A stretch of 64,000 bases of DNA from Octopus vulgaris. Lineage: Eukaryota. The notes beneath the pieces were generated by a model. It had not been told where the DNA came from. It ran no database searches and saw only the letters and a program-made list of their open reading frames with translations. The stretch is taken from contig OX597827.1 of NCBI GenBank assembly GCA_951406725.2, positions 76,074,001-76,138,000 on the forward strand. The letters run 5' to 3'. Positions 51,717 through 64,000 of the stretch are shown piece after piece (position 1 is the stretch's first letter; every line of letters starts with the position of its first letter). The translations under genes were made by a program, and so were the position numbers.

Positions 51717-52093
51717 CACCGTGACCGACCAGGCTATCAAATGTTGTTACACATCGCTGGTCACAATGCGCTTCGCATTGTTTTAGCCTTCAAATGACGC
51801 CACCCCGCTGGCTAAGCGAGCAGGCCAATATGTATATATATATATACATATATATATATACATACATGCACATATGTGAGTGAAGATATAGACTATGAAA
51901 TGGTGTCAGTGTAAATGAGATTCGTCTGGAGAAACAGATTCCGTGAGTAATTTAAATGACCCAACATATGAGAGAGAAGTCAAACTGACCAGCTGTGAAG
52001 GCCAACCGCTCTCTCTTTATCTCTAAATTAAGAGTGATTCAATCATATATTAACCTCGTCTGGCAGCCCCACCACCACAACCACAACCACCAC

Positions 52094-52126
<33 letters not shown>

Positions 52127-53133
52127 GAATGCAATCCTGTCTGTATGTGTATGTCTCTGTACTATAACGGATGCATGTGTGTACGTGCGTGTTATAACGA
52201 CAGATGTATATCTCGGTGTATGCCCAGGCCAGCTTAAATAAATTGGACGTGTCTGGGTACATTGAGTGCTTAAGAAACTCTCTTCACAAATCATTGAGGT
52301 CCAAGGATTTGATCCCACGGTATGGCCATTTTAAGCAAGTGTTGACCCAAGCGTTTTGAGCGAAATTCGCTAGACAAGAGATCGTAGAAGTCTATCCGAT
52401 GGACCTATACCCGTAACTGAAAGGGTCGGCCTTATTACACCCGTCACGCTGATTCTGCCGGAGAATTATTTTAAGGGTACATGTATGTGGGTGAGGAGTA
52501 CGCACCCAATTATTCTATAAATGAAAGACAATACGCTCCGTCGAAACCGACCGAGATCCATTAACTCATGGATTTGTGCATCAATAAAAATGCGTGATCA
52601 CATCATATATTCTTCTTATATATATATATATATACGAAAGAAGGTTTGAAAATGCGGTACCTTACAACTCCACTTTGTTATATACATATATATATATACA
52701 CACACACTTCTGTAACAATGCGAGTGTGTGTGTGTGTGTAGAACGAAGCGAAAAGGAAACCAGGGCGCACACAGTGGCATTAATTACCGTGTCATTTAAA
52801 AGAGGAAGCTGGCACCTTGCAAATAAATGAAATGATTAAATGATGGCAACGACGACAATAATAATAATAATAAATATAATATCATCATCATCATCTTCGG
52901 ACGTCGAGTTAATAGAAAAATGAATAAAAGAGAATGATTGGTTTCAAGTGGATAAGAAACGAAATTATATTTCGATATATCTTGTGCAGTCTTTTAGGTT
53001 TAAAATTAAGGGAAAGGCTGGAGAGGATGGAAGCAATGACTGCAAGTCGAAATGTAATTACAGAGATTAGCTTCAATTAAGCATGACTTGGCGAGTAGAC
53101 ACCTTGGAATGCATGGATGTAGTGTGATGTGTC

Positions 53134-53170
<37 letters not shown>

Positions 53171-53224
53171 AGGGTTAAATGGATACACACACACAAATAT
53201 ATGTGTATATATATATATATATAT

Positions 53225-53244
53225 ATACACATACATATTCATAA

Positions 53245-53282
<38 letters not shown>

Positions 53283-53746
53283 TCATACATATTCATAAGT
53301 GTATATATATATGTATATATATATATATACATATTCATAAGTGTATATATATATATATATATACATACATATTCATAAGTGTATATATATATATATACAC
53401 ATACATATTCATAAGTGTGTATATATATATATATATACATACATATTCATAAGTGTATATATATATATATATACATACATATTCATAAGTGTATATATAT
53501 ATATATACACATACATATTCATAAGTGTATATATATATACACATACATATTCATAAGTGTATATATATATATACATATATATATATATACATACATATTC
53601 ATAAGTGTATATATATATATATACATATATATATATACACATACATATTCATAATTGTATATCTATATATACATATATATATATACACATACATATTCAT
53701 AAGTGTATATATATACATATATATATATACACATACATATTCATAA

Positions 53747-53781
<35 letters not shown>

Positions 53782-53801
53782 CACATACATATTCATAAGT
53801 G

Positions 53802-53834
<33 letters not shown>

Positions 53835-53918
53835 ATATTCATAAGTGTATATATATATATATATATACACATACATATTCATAAGTGTATATATATATAT
53901 ACACATACATATTCATAA

Positions 53919-53957
<39 letters not shown>

Positions 53958-53968
53958 CATATTCATAA

Positions 53969-54003
<35 letters not shown>
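53225..54003. repeat. Minisatellite: about 18 copies of CACATACATATTCATAAGTG separated by variable (TA)n
   Basis: Core visible every 32-60 bp. Confidence 0.9.
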
Positions 54004-54005
<2 letters not shown>

Positions 54006-54394
54006 CACAATTGAAATGATTCCCAATAAATATGGGTATCATGAGGGCACTTCTGTGGGTCTCATAAGCTGCTCGACATAGCACTCAATACCTCCCTCAA
54101 ATTACACCCTACTACCTGAAAACAACAAAAGATAAGAGGAATAATACAGTAGTAGAGGTCCGGAGTGGGGAAAAAAAAGGAAGGGATAGTCGTGGCTGGA
54201 TTGTCTCTGATCAGAAGTCCACTGGAATAAGTTTTGCAGTTCATCCAGGGACTAATGAACCGGTTTCGCTTTCTGGTCGGAGCAGCTTCATTTAAGTCGT
54301 TAATTTCCATGGGAACAGCATTTCAGCTCAAAAATTCCACATTTCCCTCATCTATAAATAAAACACTTCATGTGTGTATATATATAACACACAC

Positions 54395-54439
<45 letters not shown>

Positions 54440-54466
54440 GAATAATAAAAAAGAAATGGAGAAATT

Positions 54467-54525
<59 letters not shown>

Positions 54526-55175
54526 GTGGAAGCATATAAATACATATACATACATCATATATGCCTTTATCTTGTGTGTGATTGCGTGTACATACTGTTA
54601 TATGCATACATTTCTCTTTATACATACAGGTCTATATAAATATTCGTATATATCCACATAGCATCGACATACATGCTTACAAATATATAGTTCTAATATA
54701 CTTTGAGTATACACACACGCACATAATACACACACACACATAGCTTAGTATGCATGGATTTTCTTATATCCACATATATATACCCACATATGCATATATA
54801 AATATTCATAGGTATATATAAGACAATGTATATACATGTTTCAATGTACATTTACAACACAAGCAATATATAAATATATATATATAAACATACATACATA
54901 TATATATATATCACATACACATGCGGTTTCCTTATTGACTTTTGATTGTTTTCGGAGTCATTAAGTCAAAAAGTATTGAGAAGCTGACCACAAAAGAATT
55001 TAATGGGGTTGACTGCCTGGTTCACATGCTTTGATGTAATTACTCAACCTGGTACAAATTAGCTGCATATAATTAACTCATTTACCACGTCTTCCACTCC
55101 TCTTTTCCACCAAATCCACGCCAGCAAACCTCAAAAGATAAGGATAATGAGTCGATACTCTTATACATTCTAAAT

Positions 55176-55211
<36 letters not shown>

Positions 55212-56923
55212 ATGCAAATTACAAATGCTAGGTAGGTGGTTGTTTTGAAATAGCAGCTAGATCTCTCTCAAATCATCCCCTACCATTTTAAATAAAGATG
55301 TAACATTGGACAATGTAGATTCTGGTACACAGAGACGGAGTGGTCACGACTGGAACCACTTTGATCAATGGGTTTACTCTGGGCTAAACAACAATGCGTA
55401 TGTGTATATAAATAAAATCTCTGGTTTGTCCTGACTGAATACCGTTGATAGAAAGGCTTTAAACTGGTGATCATTCCGTATTTGTGTTCGAAACTACATC
55501 ATCCAATGTGTCTTCCCATTTTTAAGACTTGGATGTGAATAACAGCCACATCTCCCTCAAATCACATGCTATTGTCTTAAAATGGAGAGACACAAGGGAT
55601 AAAGCAGCCTAGCTCTATATAAACACGGTTGACCTGGCGATAAATAACTCCATATAATATAGATATATATATACATATGTATGTGATTGTATACATAAAC
55701 ACAACGAAATTTACAGGAGACCACGTAAGAAGAAAGAGAAAAATTATTATAATGAATAATCGCAAAAGAAGTAATTATTAAATTGAAAAGAAAAGGAAAA
55801 AAATATTCTAAAAAACGTAGTAAATGTTTTTTCTCTTTCGTATTTGATTGTCTGTGGTTTTCCCTGCCATTTTAAAATTCAGCTTCCCGAAAGTTTAAAG
55901 AGAGCGGGAAGAGTTTGAGCGAAGAAAAGTCTAGTGACCAGTTCAAGCAAAGTTGGCTGGAATGGTTTGAACTGGACTTCGGGGGGAGGGGGAGAAAGAA
56001 AGGGTGTGAAGGAGAAAGATGTGGTGAAGAGAGGAGGAGGGAGTAAGAGAGAGATATATAGGAGACTTGAGAGAGGGACAAGAGAGGGATAGAGGATGGA
56101 TGAAACGGTAATACCAACCTGGGCAGCAGCAGTGGTGAGAGTGGTTTTAGACAGCAACACAGTCAGACAAGGAGAGAGAGAGAGAAGGAAAGAGTGAGAG
56201 AGTATATATAGGACAGACAAGGAGAGAGAAAGAAAGTGAGAGAGAGAGAGAGTATAGAAGGAAAGAAGAAAAAGTGACAGAGAGAGAGAAAGTGTAGAAG
56301 GAAGGAAGAAATAGAGAGAGAGAGAGAGAAGGAAGGAAGGAAGAAAGAAGAAAAAGAAAAAGCAGGCAGATTAAGAGTAGTTTAGATGTGGATGAAGACG
56401 ATGTCAGTTGGTCGGTCGATCGAACGTGGTGGGAGAGAGAAAGTAGAGTGCGCGCTATTATGTAGGTACAGGCCGATCTAGAAAGAAAGGCAGACAGATA
56501 GAAAGAGACTGAGAAAGAGAAAGAGAGTGAGAATGAAGGAGGAAGGGGGAGATAAGGAGCGAAAGAACTACGTGACACACAGACAGAGCCGAAGCTAAGG
56601 TTTTTATTTACTCAATTTTTTTACTAGAAACTTTTTAAAGGAGTCGATTACAAAGCTTGGGAAATGTAAACAAAAGGGAGATAATCCGGCGTATTAATTT
56701 CCAGACGGACTTAATTTCGGTAGGGACTGCTTTTTTTTATGTGACAAATAAGTCCCTCACTTTTTAGTAATGTAATAATATTGTCTTTTAATTAAAATAA
56801 TTTTTGAAAGTCGACTAAATTGGATTGATAAGATTTGATTACGTGTATGAAGAAAGAAATTAATAAATGCGCATATTTTTCATTGGTAATAAAAATGCTA
56901 CATCTGGACTGTTGATGTGTGTG

Positions 56924-56962
<39 letters not shown>

Positions 56963-57211
56963 ATCCATATATACATACATACATGTATGTATGAGTGTAT
57001 GTATACACAATGAAAGAAGAGGACCAAATGCATTAAATAGATTTTATAATTTAACATATAAATTTCTTCCTCTGTCTCTCTTTATATATATATGCACTAT
57101 AATAAAGAATATATGTGTGTTTGTATGTATGTATATTTTGATTTATGTGAACTTTGTTTAGTATTTCGGTAACTATTTTTCATCGTTATTTTCTCCTGAA
57201 GTTTGTCCTTG

Positions 57212-57271
<60 letters not shown>

Positions 57272-57659
57272 GCACACTCTCTCTTACTCACACACAAATG
57301 CGAATCATTGTCGAGTTCCACAACGTACGGATATAATGTCATACGTGTCAAACGTGACATAGCACCGGTTTCATTGTTCTTGAGTTGTATGTATGTGTGA
57401 GTGTATGTAGTATTAATTAAATACATCATATATATATATACATATATATATACGTATATATATAAATACATATATATTTATATATATATATATATACACG
57501 TGCGCTTGTATAGAAATGTATTAATGCACTATTTACTGTGTGTACAGCAGATAGGCCTGTGTATGTGTGTCTGTGTTGGTAACTAAATGTGTATATATTT
57601 ACATATATATATACGTGCGTGTGTGTGTGTGTATATGTGAGTATGTTTGAAGTAGTTTA

Positions 57660-58135
57660 GTGCTCAACTGTGTCAGAAGAGGTGCTCGAAAGAGGGACAA
57701 TCTCCTTTCTGAAGACATCCACTGAAGGTAAGGACTCCCCACACCAACACCTCGCCTCTTGCCTCACTTTCTCGTCCCATTCCCACCCCGTTTCTCTGCC
57801 ACTATATGCCCCCCTCCCGCACCATTTTATTTTGCACCTGACCACTAACCGCCCCCCACTTGTGTCTTCCGTCGCTACATCACAAGAAAGAAAGCCACCC
57901 TCGGCTCTCACAACTATTTTTCTCTTCTACTATAAACGTTAAGAAGGGAACAACACTTGTTCTTCTCGAGAGAAACATGTTCGATCGCGCACTTAACCAT
58001 CTCTCTTCTATTTATTTCTCTATCATATCCCGACTTTCATTCTTCACATTTTTAGACAGGTTGTCTTCTAATACAGCCATCACTATTCCACGTTCTGTTT
58101 GCTCACAACATTCAGACGAGCTGAACAAGAGAACC
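57660..58135 (+). mobile_element. Possible Penelope-like 3' remnant
   Basis: LERGTISFLKTSTEG weakly resembles the C-terminal 'E..LI..L.T..P.GLN' of PLE GIY-YIG domains and is followed by a pyrimidine-rich UTR-like tract. Confidence 0.3.
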
Positions 58136-58489
58136 TGTCTCTCTATTTCTCTCTCTCTACGTGATCGGTCAGCCTATTTAGAAATAGTAACCAAATCTCC
58201 CTCAAATCACACCCTGGATAATAGAATCTGACAACGTGATGGTCATGACTGGAATACCTTCGATCATAGATCTACACGATCGGGGTGGGTTGACCAGGGG
58301 CTAGACAACTTACCAGTTTAGGGAGCCTTTGCAAACCTGTTTTGCTAAATCTATACTTTCCACCTGACAGACGTGGGTCTATGACTAAATATACATACAT
58401 CGACGTATACAAGTTCACACATACACTTTACATATACACTTTAACTCTAGTTTCAGCTCAAGAGATGCGGCCATGCTGGGGCACCGCCG

Positions 58490-58544
<55 letters not shown>

Positions 58545-58863
58545 TATACCTTGTGCTTTACTCAGAAATGTTCCCAGCGGTTCCATGCCCCCAAAGCCAT
58601 TCGACTATTTTCTATATTCTTCACTCCCCTCCATTTTTGCCCATTTCAAATATTGTTTATCCGATCTATTTATTTAAAGATCAGAAATGGCGCAGTACTT
58701 TGTTTTTGCGATAATTATAACCATAACATATTTTTATTTATTAATAACATTATTGTTACGTGTACCATTTCTGGCTGACGGAGAATTTTCGTGGATCAAA
58801 ATTACAGATATATATATATATATATATATTTGTGTGTCTGTACACACACACAAATATACATAC

Positions 58864-58899
<36 letters not shown>

Positions 58900-59364
58900 T
58901 AAGTAATTAAGGGTTTAGCAACGATTTGCCTCACCACACACCGAATTTAGAAATAGCAGTCAAAGAGTTATGGCTATTCTTTCTACTTAAAAGGGAGATC
59001 CCAGTAAAACCACATATATATACATACATACATACACACACACATATATGTATGTATACCTTTTCATATACTCGCCCGAGAAGACGCTTGTAGTAACAAT
59101 CTGTCTATTGAGGGGGATGGGGTGAATCATCAGTTGTTACATGTATTGAGTACTTTATCTCCCGTTCTAGTGAGTGTACTACAAACATACACACATATAT
59201 AGACATACGCATACAAATATATACATATATATATATACACACATACACGCAAGCATATACGCATATATATTATACACACACGCACGTGACCCTGATTTCT
59301 TGTAAAACATAAATGCAACATTTTCGGTATCAGTTTACTGCTCCACTAGTTTAGGCATACATAC

Positions 59365-59431
<67 letters not shown>

Positions 59432-60061
59432 TATATACTAAGAAAGATTGTTGTATTTTGTATTCAGAAGAATGGCGAGTGTATAGGATGGTCCTCTACG
59501 TTCTGGGTTCAAACTCCACCGAGGTCAACATTGCCTTTCGTTTTTCTGCTGGTCGATAAATTAAATTGCTGGTGGCTTACTGATGTTCGATCTATATATC
59601 TATATATTCCTATGGATGCATCCTAGACATGAATGGATTTTGCTACGAGAAAAGACGATTTCACTGAAGCAGATCCAATGTTTTATCTGTGACAATTGTA
59701 GTTTTTCCTAAACGTAGGGCAGCAACCTGCCTCGGAATCCGGTCACAACTATATATATAATATATATATATATATATAATTGTGTGTATATATTTATATG
59801 TATGCATAAATGCGTGTACACATACACGTATACATGCATACATATATACAAATACACACACACACACATATGCTATTGTGGTGCATTTAGTAGCAGTCTT
59901 CAAGTCTTCAGTTTGTATCCTTTGGGTTTAGCAATGAATGCCCCTACTTTCCATCCGATCTTTCGTTCTTTATTCCGCTACATATCTCAATATATATCAA
60001 CATCTATATTTAATTGATATTTCTATTCATCTTAAATAGTGTCGATGGCATAAAGAGATGT

Positions 60062-60093
<32 letters not shown>

Positions 60094-61406
60094 TATGTAT
60101 AATGACAATTGTTCAGCCTTTTTTTCGCCATTTTCACGATCCTAACGAGGGTGCCTCTACTTAGTTGCTCGATATGCTAGAAATAACAGTCAAAATCTTC
60201 ATAAAATCTCTCTATATGGCGGTGCCCCAGCATGGCCAGAGCTTGTGAGCTGAAACTAAATAAAATAAAAAATAAAATATCCTCTTAAAAACGATATCTT
60301 TGACTTCATTGAATACGTGGCGCTTCTGGAAAGAAAATGTGGTGGTCATAAGTGGAACGACAAGCAGCTTAGGAATGTCATTTTTCAATATCCTGGGATA
60401 CTTTGTCGACTTATTCGTTAATACTCGTCTTCGCACTTGTTTTGTCCCGTCTTCGTATAACCTCCGCTGTTATACCGTGCTTGCATTACCCCCAAGTCAG
60501 CCTCATCGAAGAGATTTATCATCCAACACGTTCCATATGTGACCATCTCGTCTGTTCCCTAACATATGCTATCTAATCTGGCCTTCAATGTTTTAGACGA
60601 TAAGATGATTTCGTTGCTGCGTCTAGCAGGTCAAGCGACCGCGAAATACGTGTGTGTATACATATATGCGTGCGTGCGTGCGTGTGTGTGTGTGTATTAT
60701 ATATATTATGCATATATATTTATGCATATGTATGAAATTAGAAATCTTTTCTCTCTGAAGAATTTCTGATAGAAGATATATTACATGTTTTCTACCGTAT
60801 GTACAATTTTGTAACTCCTATTTGTAAATGGAACATGTGTAATGGTGAATAGATAATACCAAAATATTTAAATATTTTTCAATCTCCTGTTTCTTTATAC
60901 ATATATATACATACAAGCAAAAACTGGAAAGTTTGGTGTAGTTTTAGTTCCATGTTACGCATGTTTCATATGCAGTATAGGAAATACTTTATGAATATAA
61001 CAATTAATATTAATGATAAATAATATAAGTATAATAAATTCATATATGTATATACATTTAGGAAACGTGTATAGGATATCCTTTATGCAATTATTCAAAG
61101 ATTACTGGAATGCACAGGTGTTCCTCACGGGAACATTAGCCTGGGTTTTAATCCTTTCCTTACGTTATATTTTGTCTTGCAAGGTACTTGGTAACCCTCT
61201 TGATGTTGGTGCCACGTAAAAAGCACCCAGTACACTCTGTAAAGGCCGTTGGCATGAAGACAGGCATCCAGCTGTAGAAAATCTGCCAAAACAGACAATG
61301 GGTCCTAGTATGGCTCTTGGCTTTGCCTGCCCCTGTCAAACCATCCAACCCATGCCAGCATGGAAAATGAATGTTAAATGAGGATGATGATGATGATGAT
61401 ATATAT

Positions 61407-61562
61407 ATACAAGATAAGAAAATGGAGAAATACATCTAAATCAAATATCAATTACCAGATAATACTCAATCACATGTGGTGGTTTAATAAAGTATGTGAT
61501 TGAGTATTATCTGGTAATTGATGTTTGATTTAGATGTATTTCTCCATTTTCTTATCTTGTAT
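61407..61562. repeat. Near-perfect hairpin (arms of about 68 bp, loop of about 18 nt)
   Basis: ATACAAGATAAGAAAATGGAGAAATACATCTAAATCAAATATCAATTACCAGATAATACTCAATCACAT is mirrored downstream with about 1 mismatch. Confidence 0.9.
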
Positions 61563-62898
61563 TAGTAATTTGTGGTAAATCATTTTACCTTTGCCCATAT
61601 AATACAGTAAATGAATTGATTGCATCGCAATCATTAACATTTATGTATTAACTTTGTTGGGTACTTCACTAGCAGTATATTGGATATATGTTATCCCATG
61701 GAGGGTTGCATTTACAACCCCTATCTCAATTTGTATATATATATATATACTTTTATCAAAGCTGCAAAAACATTACAAAAAAGCTGTTGTGATGAAGTTT
61801 TGGTCACAACTTGCCAACGAAAGGAAACGTAAAACTGAGTAACAGTTTTTTTTTCTGGAGTTTTTGCAGTTTTAATTTTAAAAAATATACTACTCTACAT
61901 CTGGTACTCGAGTACTATTTTTTTCCACCTTGTTTTGCATTTATATACTTACTTGTGTATGTATATATATATATATATGGAACTGTGTGGTTGGCGTTAG
62001 GAAGGGCATCCAGCTGTAGAAACATTGCCAGATCAGACTGGGCCTGATGCAGCCTTCTGGCTTCCCAGACCCCAGCTGAACCGTCCAACCCATGCTAGCA
62101 TGGAAAGCAGACGCTAAATGATGATGATGATGATATATATATATACAAGCTGAAGATCACATCGTTGCTGGGTAATTTTCCCAATAGAATGCCTTGGTGG
62201 ACTTTTCGAATAGCACGTCCTTATAAGTTGCGTTCTCTCCGTTTTGACGTGAAATTTTCAAATTTTTTTCTCACTACACCCTTGCAAATGATAGAAGGAA
62301 GGTTTTTGTATAAAAAAATGTTTGAAATTTTACGAAACCTCACTTCCCCTCCTTCTGGACTGATTTTTTTTTTCGTTTTTTTTTTCCACTACATTCTTAA
62401 AACCAATGAGAAATGCCTTTTTCGATTTTTTAAAAAACTTGTTTCAACCCCCCCCCCCCCACCCCCCCCCACACACACACACACACATACTCAGTACTGA
62501 GTTGGGGCCTTTTTTTTTTTTTGGCATTACACAATGGGAGAAACCATGAAGGTTAAAAAAAAAACAAAGTTTTTTGAAATTGGTAATCACCATTAAAATT
62601 CCCACTTCCTTTATTTTCGAATTGAAAATGAAATGTAATTTCAAAACAACAGAAAGATCTTTTTCATTTTTTCATTAACCCTGATCCTCCATAAGTCGTA
62701 AAACTTCAGCTTTTTTTAAAATTCTTTTTAATCATAGTTTTAAAATTCAGACATTACAAATCGGCAATTTGTTTCTGTGTATAATATCAAAATGGTTTTC
62801 AGGCAGAAAGGTGTGTGATTTAAGGTAGGTTTAGCTGTTGTTTCTAGCACATCCCACGACCACCTGGTACCTTCTTCGTTTCTTTGTTATTCTGACAT

Positions 62899-63284
62899 GT
62901 ACTCTTTCACTTGCTTCAGTCATTTCATTGTGGCCATGCTGGAGCACCACCTTTAGTTGAGCAAATTGACCCCAGGACTTATTCTTTGTAAGCCTAGTAC
63001 TTATTCTATCGGTCTTCTTTTGCCGAACGGCTAAGCTACGGGGACGTAAACACACCAGCATCGGTTGTCAAGCTATGTTGGGGGGATGAACAAACACAGA
63101 CACACAGACATATATACGACGGGCTTTTTTTAGTTTCCATCTACCAAATCCACTCACAAGGTTTTGGTCAGCCCAAGGCTATAGTAGAAGACACAGTTGC
63201 CCAAGGTGCTATGCTGTGGGACTGAACCTGGAACCATGTGGTTGGTAAGCAAGCTACTTACCACACAGCCACTCCTACACCTAT
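62899..63284 (-). mobile_element. SINE family A
   Basis: Full-length match to the family consensus. Confidence 0.8.
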
Positions 63285-63297
63285 AAAAAGTGTGAAA

Positions 63298-63415
63298 CGC
63301 TTACAGAACCTAGGTTTCCCAAGCGGTCACCCATCTAAGTACTCACTAGGTTTGATGTTGCTTAACTTCAGTGATCGGATGAGAACCGGTGCTTTCAACG
63401 TGATATGGCCATATT
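63298..63415 (-). pseudogene. 5S rRNA pseudogene (dispersed, diverged)
   Basis: The minus strand reads TATGGCCATATCACGTTGAAAGCACCGGTTCTCATCCGATCACTGAAGTTAAGCAACATCAAACCTAGTGAGTACTTAGATGGGTGACCGCTTGGGAAACCTAGGTTCTGTAAGC. This is collinear with metazoan 5S but carries many substitutions, several of them CpG transitions. Confidence 0.85.
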
Positions 63416-64000
63416 AATGGTTTTCAATATTTTTCTCCCGACTAACACGTTTTATGGAATAATGATGTGGTGGTCCGTTGCTGGGATTTAAACAACAAAA
63501 ATTTGTAATATGAATTTTTAACCCCTTCTCTGCATCAGCCAAGTCCAAGTGTGTGTAAGATATAACCTATATACTAACAGAAAAGTATACTATTAAAACA
63601 AATTATCTTTTACATACCTTTTTTAAATCACTTTGTCGCTGTAATGTAATTCCTTACACACACACACACACACTTACCATGAGAAATATACTTTTATAGA
63701 GAGTGAGAGAGAGTGTGGTAAAAATGTATGGAGACGGGGAAAGTTTACCATGAAAAAAGGCGAAAAATGAAAGAGATAGACATGTTTTCTGTTGCCGTCA
63801 CAGATTTTGAAATTTTACTACTAAATGAAAATGTTCAAATTTGGTATGTTGATGTACTTTTTCACACCACATATGAGTTTCTGATTCCAGGAAAATTTTA
63901 GGAAAATGCTACAGAGGTTTAATGTTTCATCATTTTTACCCAGTCAGAAAACAGGATTTGTGTGTCATAGCAATCATAAAATGAAAGTAAACGTTAGAAG

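Noticed and set aside
53225-54003. CRISPR-like repeat-spacer appearance
   Set aside because: The spacers are only (TA)n rather than unique sequence, the context is eukaryotic, and there are no cas genes.

Overview
AT-rich, repeat-saturated animal genomic DNA. It is most likely an octopus or other coleoid cephalopod, judged from the SINE families, the dense (TA)n/(GT)n/(GATA)n tracts and the single-exon multi-finger C2H2 genes. The only credible protein-coding genes are two convergent paralogous C2H2 zinc-finger genes about 25 kb apart: 1244-3961 (+, 22 fingers) and 28930-31389 (-, 16 fingers). They share three unusual traits: a 3-4-finger higher-order module in which hydrophobic 'NQFFL' fingers follow 4-residue linkers, an N-terminal MYP[VI]Q start, and a conserved 32-aa Trp/Tyr/Pro-rich C-terminal motif that I do not recognise and that may be a lineage-specific effector module. 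The rest consists of several SINE families, a full-length decayed mariner, a fold-back Tc1 remnant, mariner, piggyBac and Helentron-type MITEs, and RTE, CR1 and R4/Dong LINE fragments. There are also Penelope-like remnants with decayed minimal hammerhead ribozymes, several long 'hairpin plus tail' inserts in microsatellites, a 5S rRNA pseudogene and a minisatellite. A recurring AAGGGAGATAA motif marks CpG-retaining islands. Repeat boundaries were read by eye and are approximate; no database searches were run.
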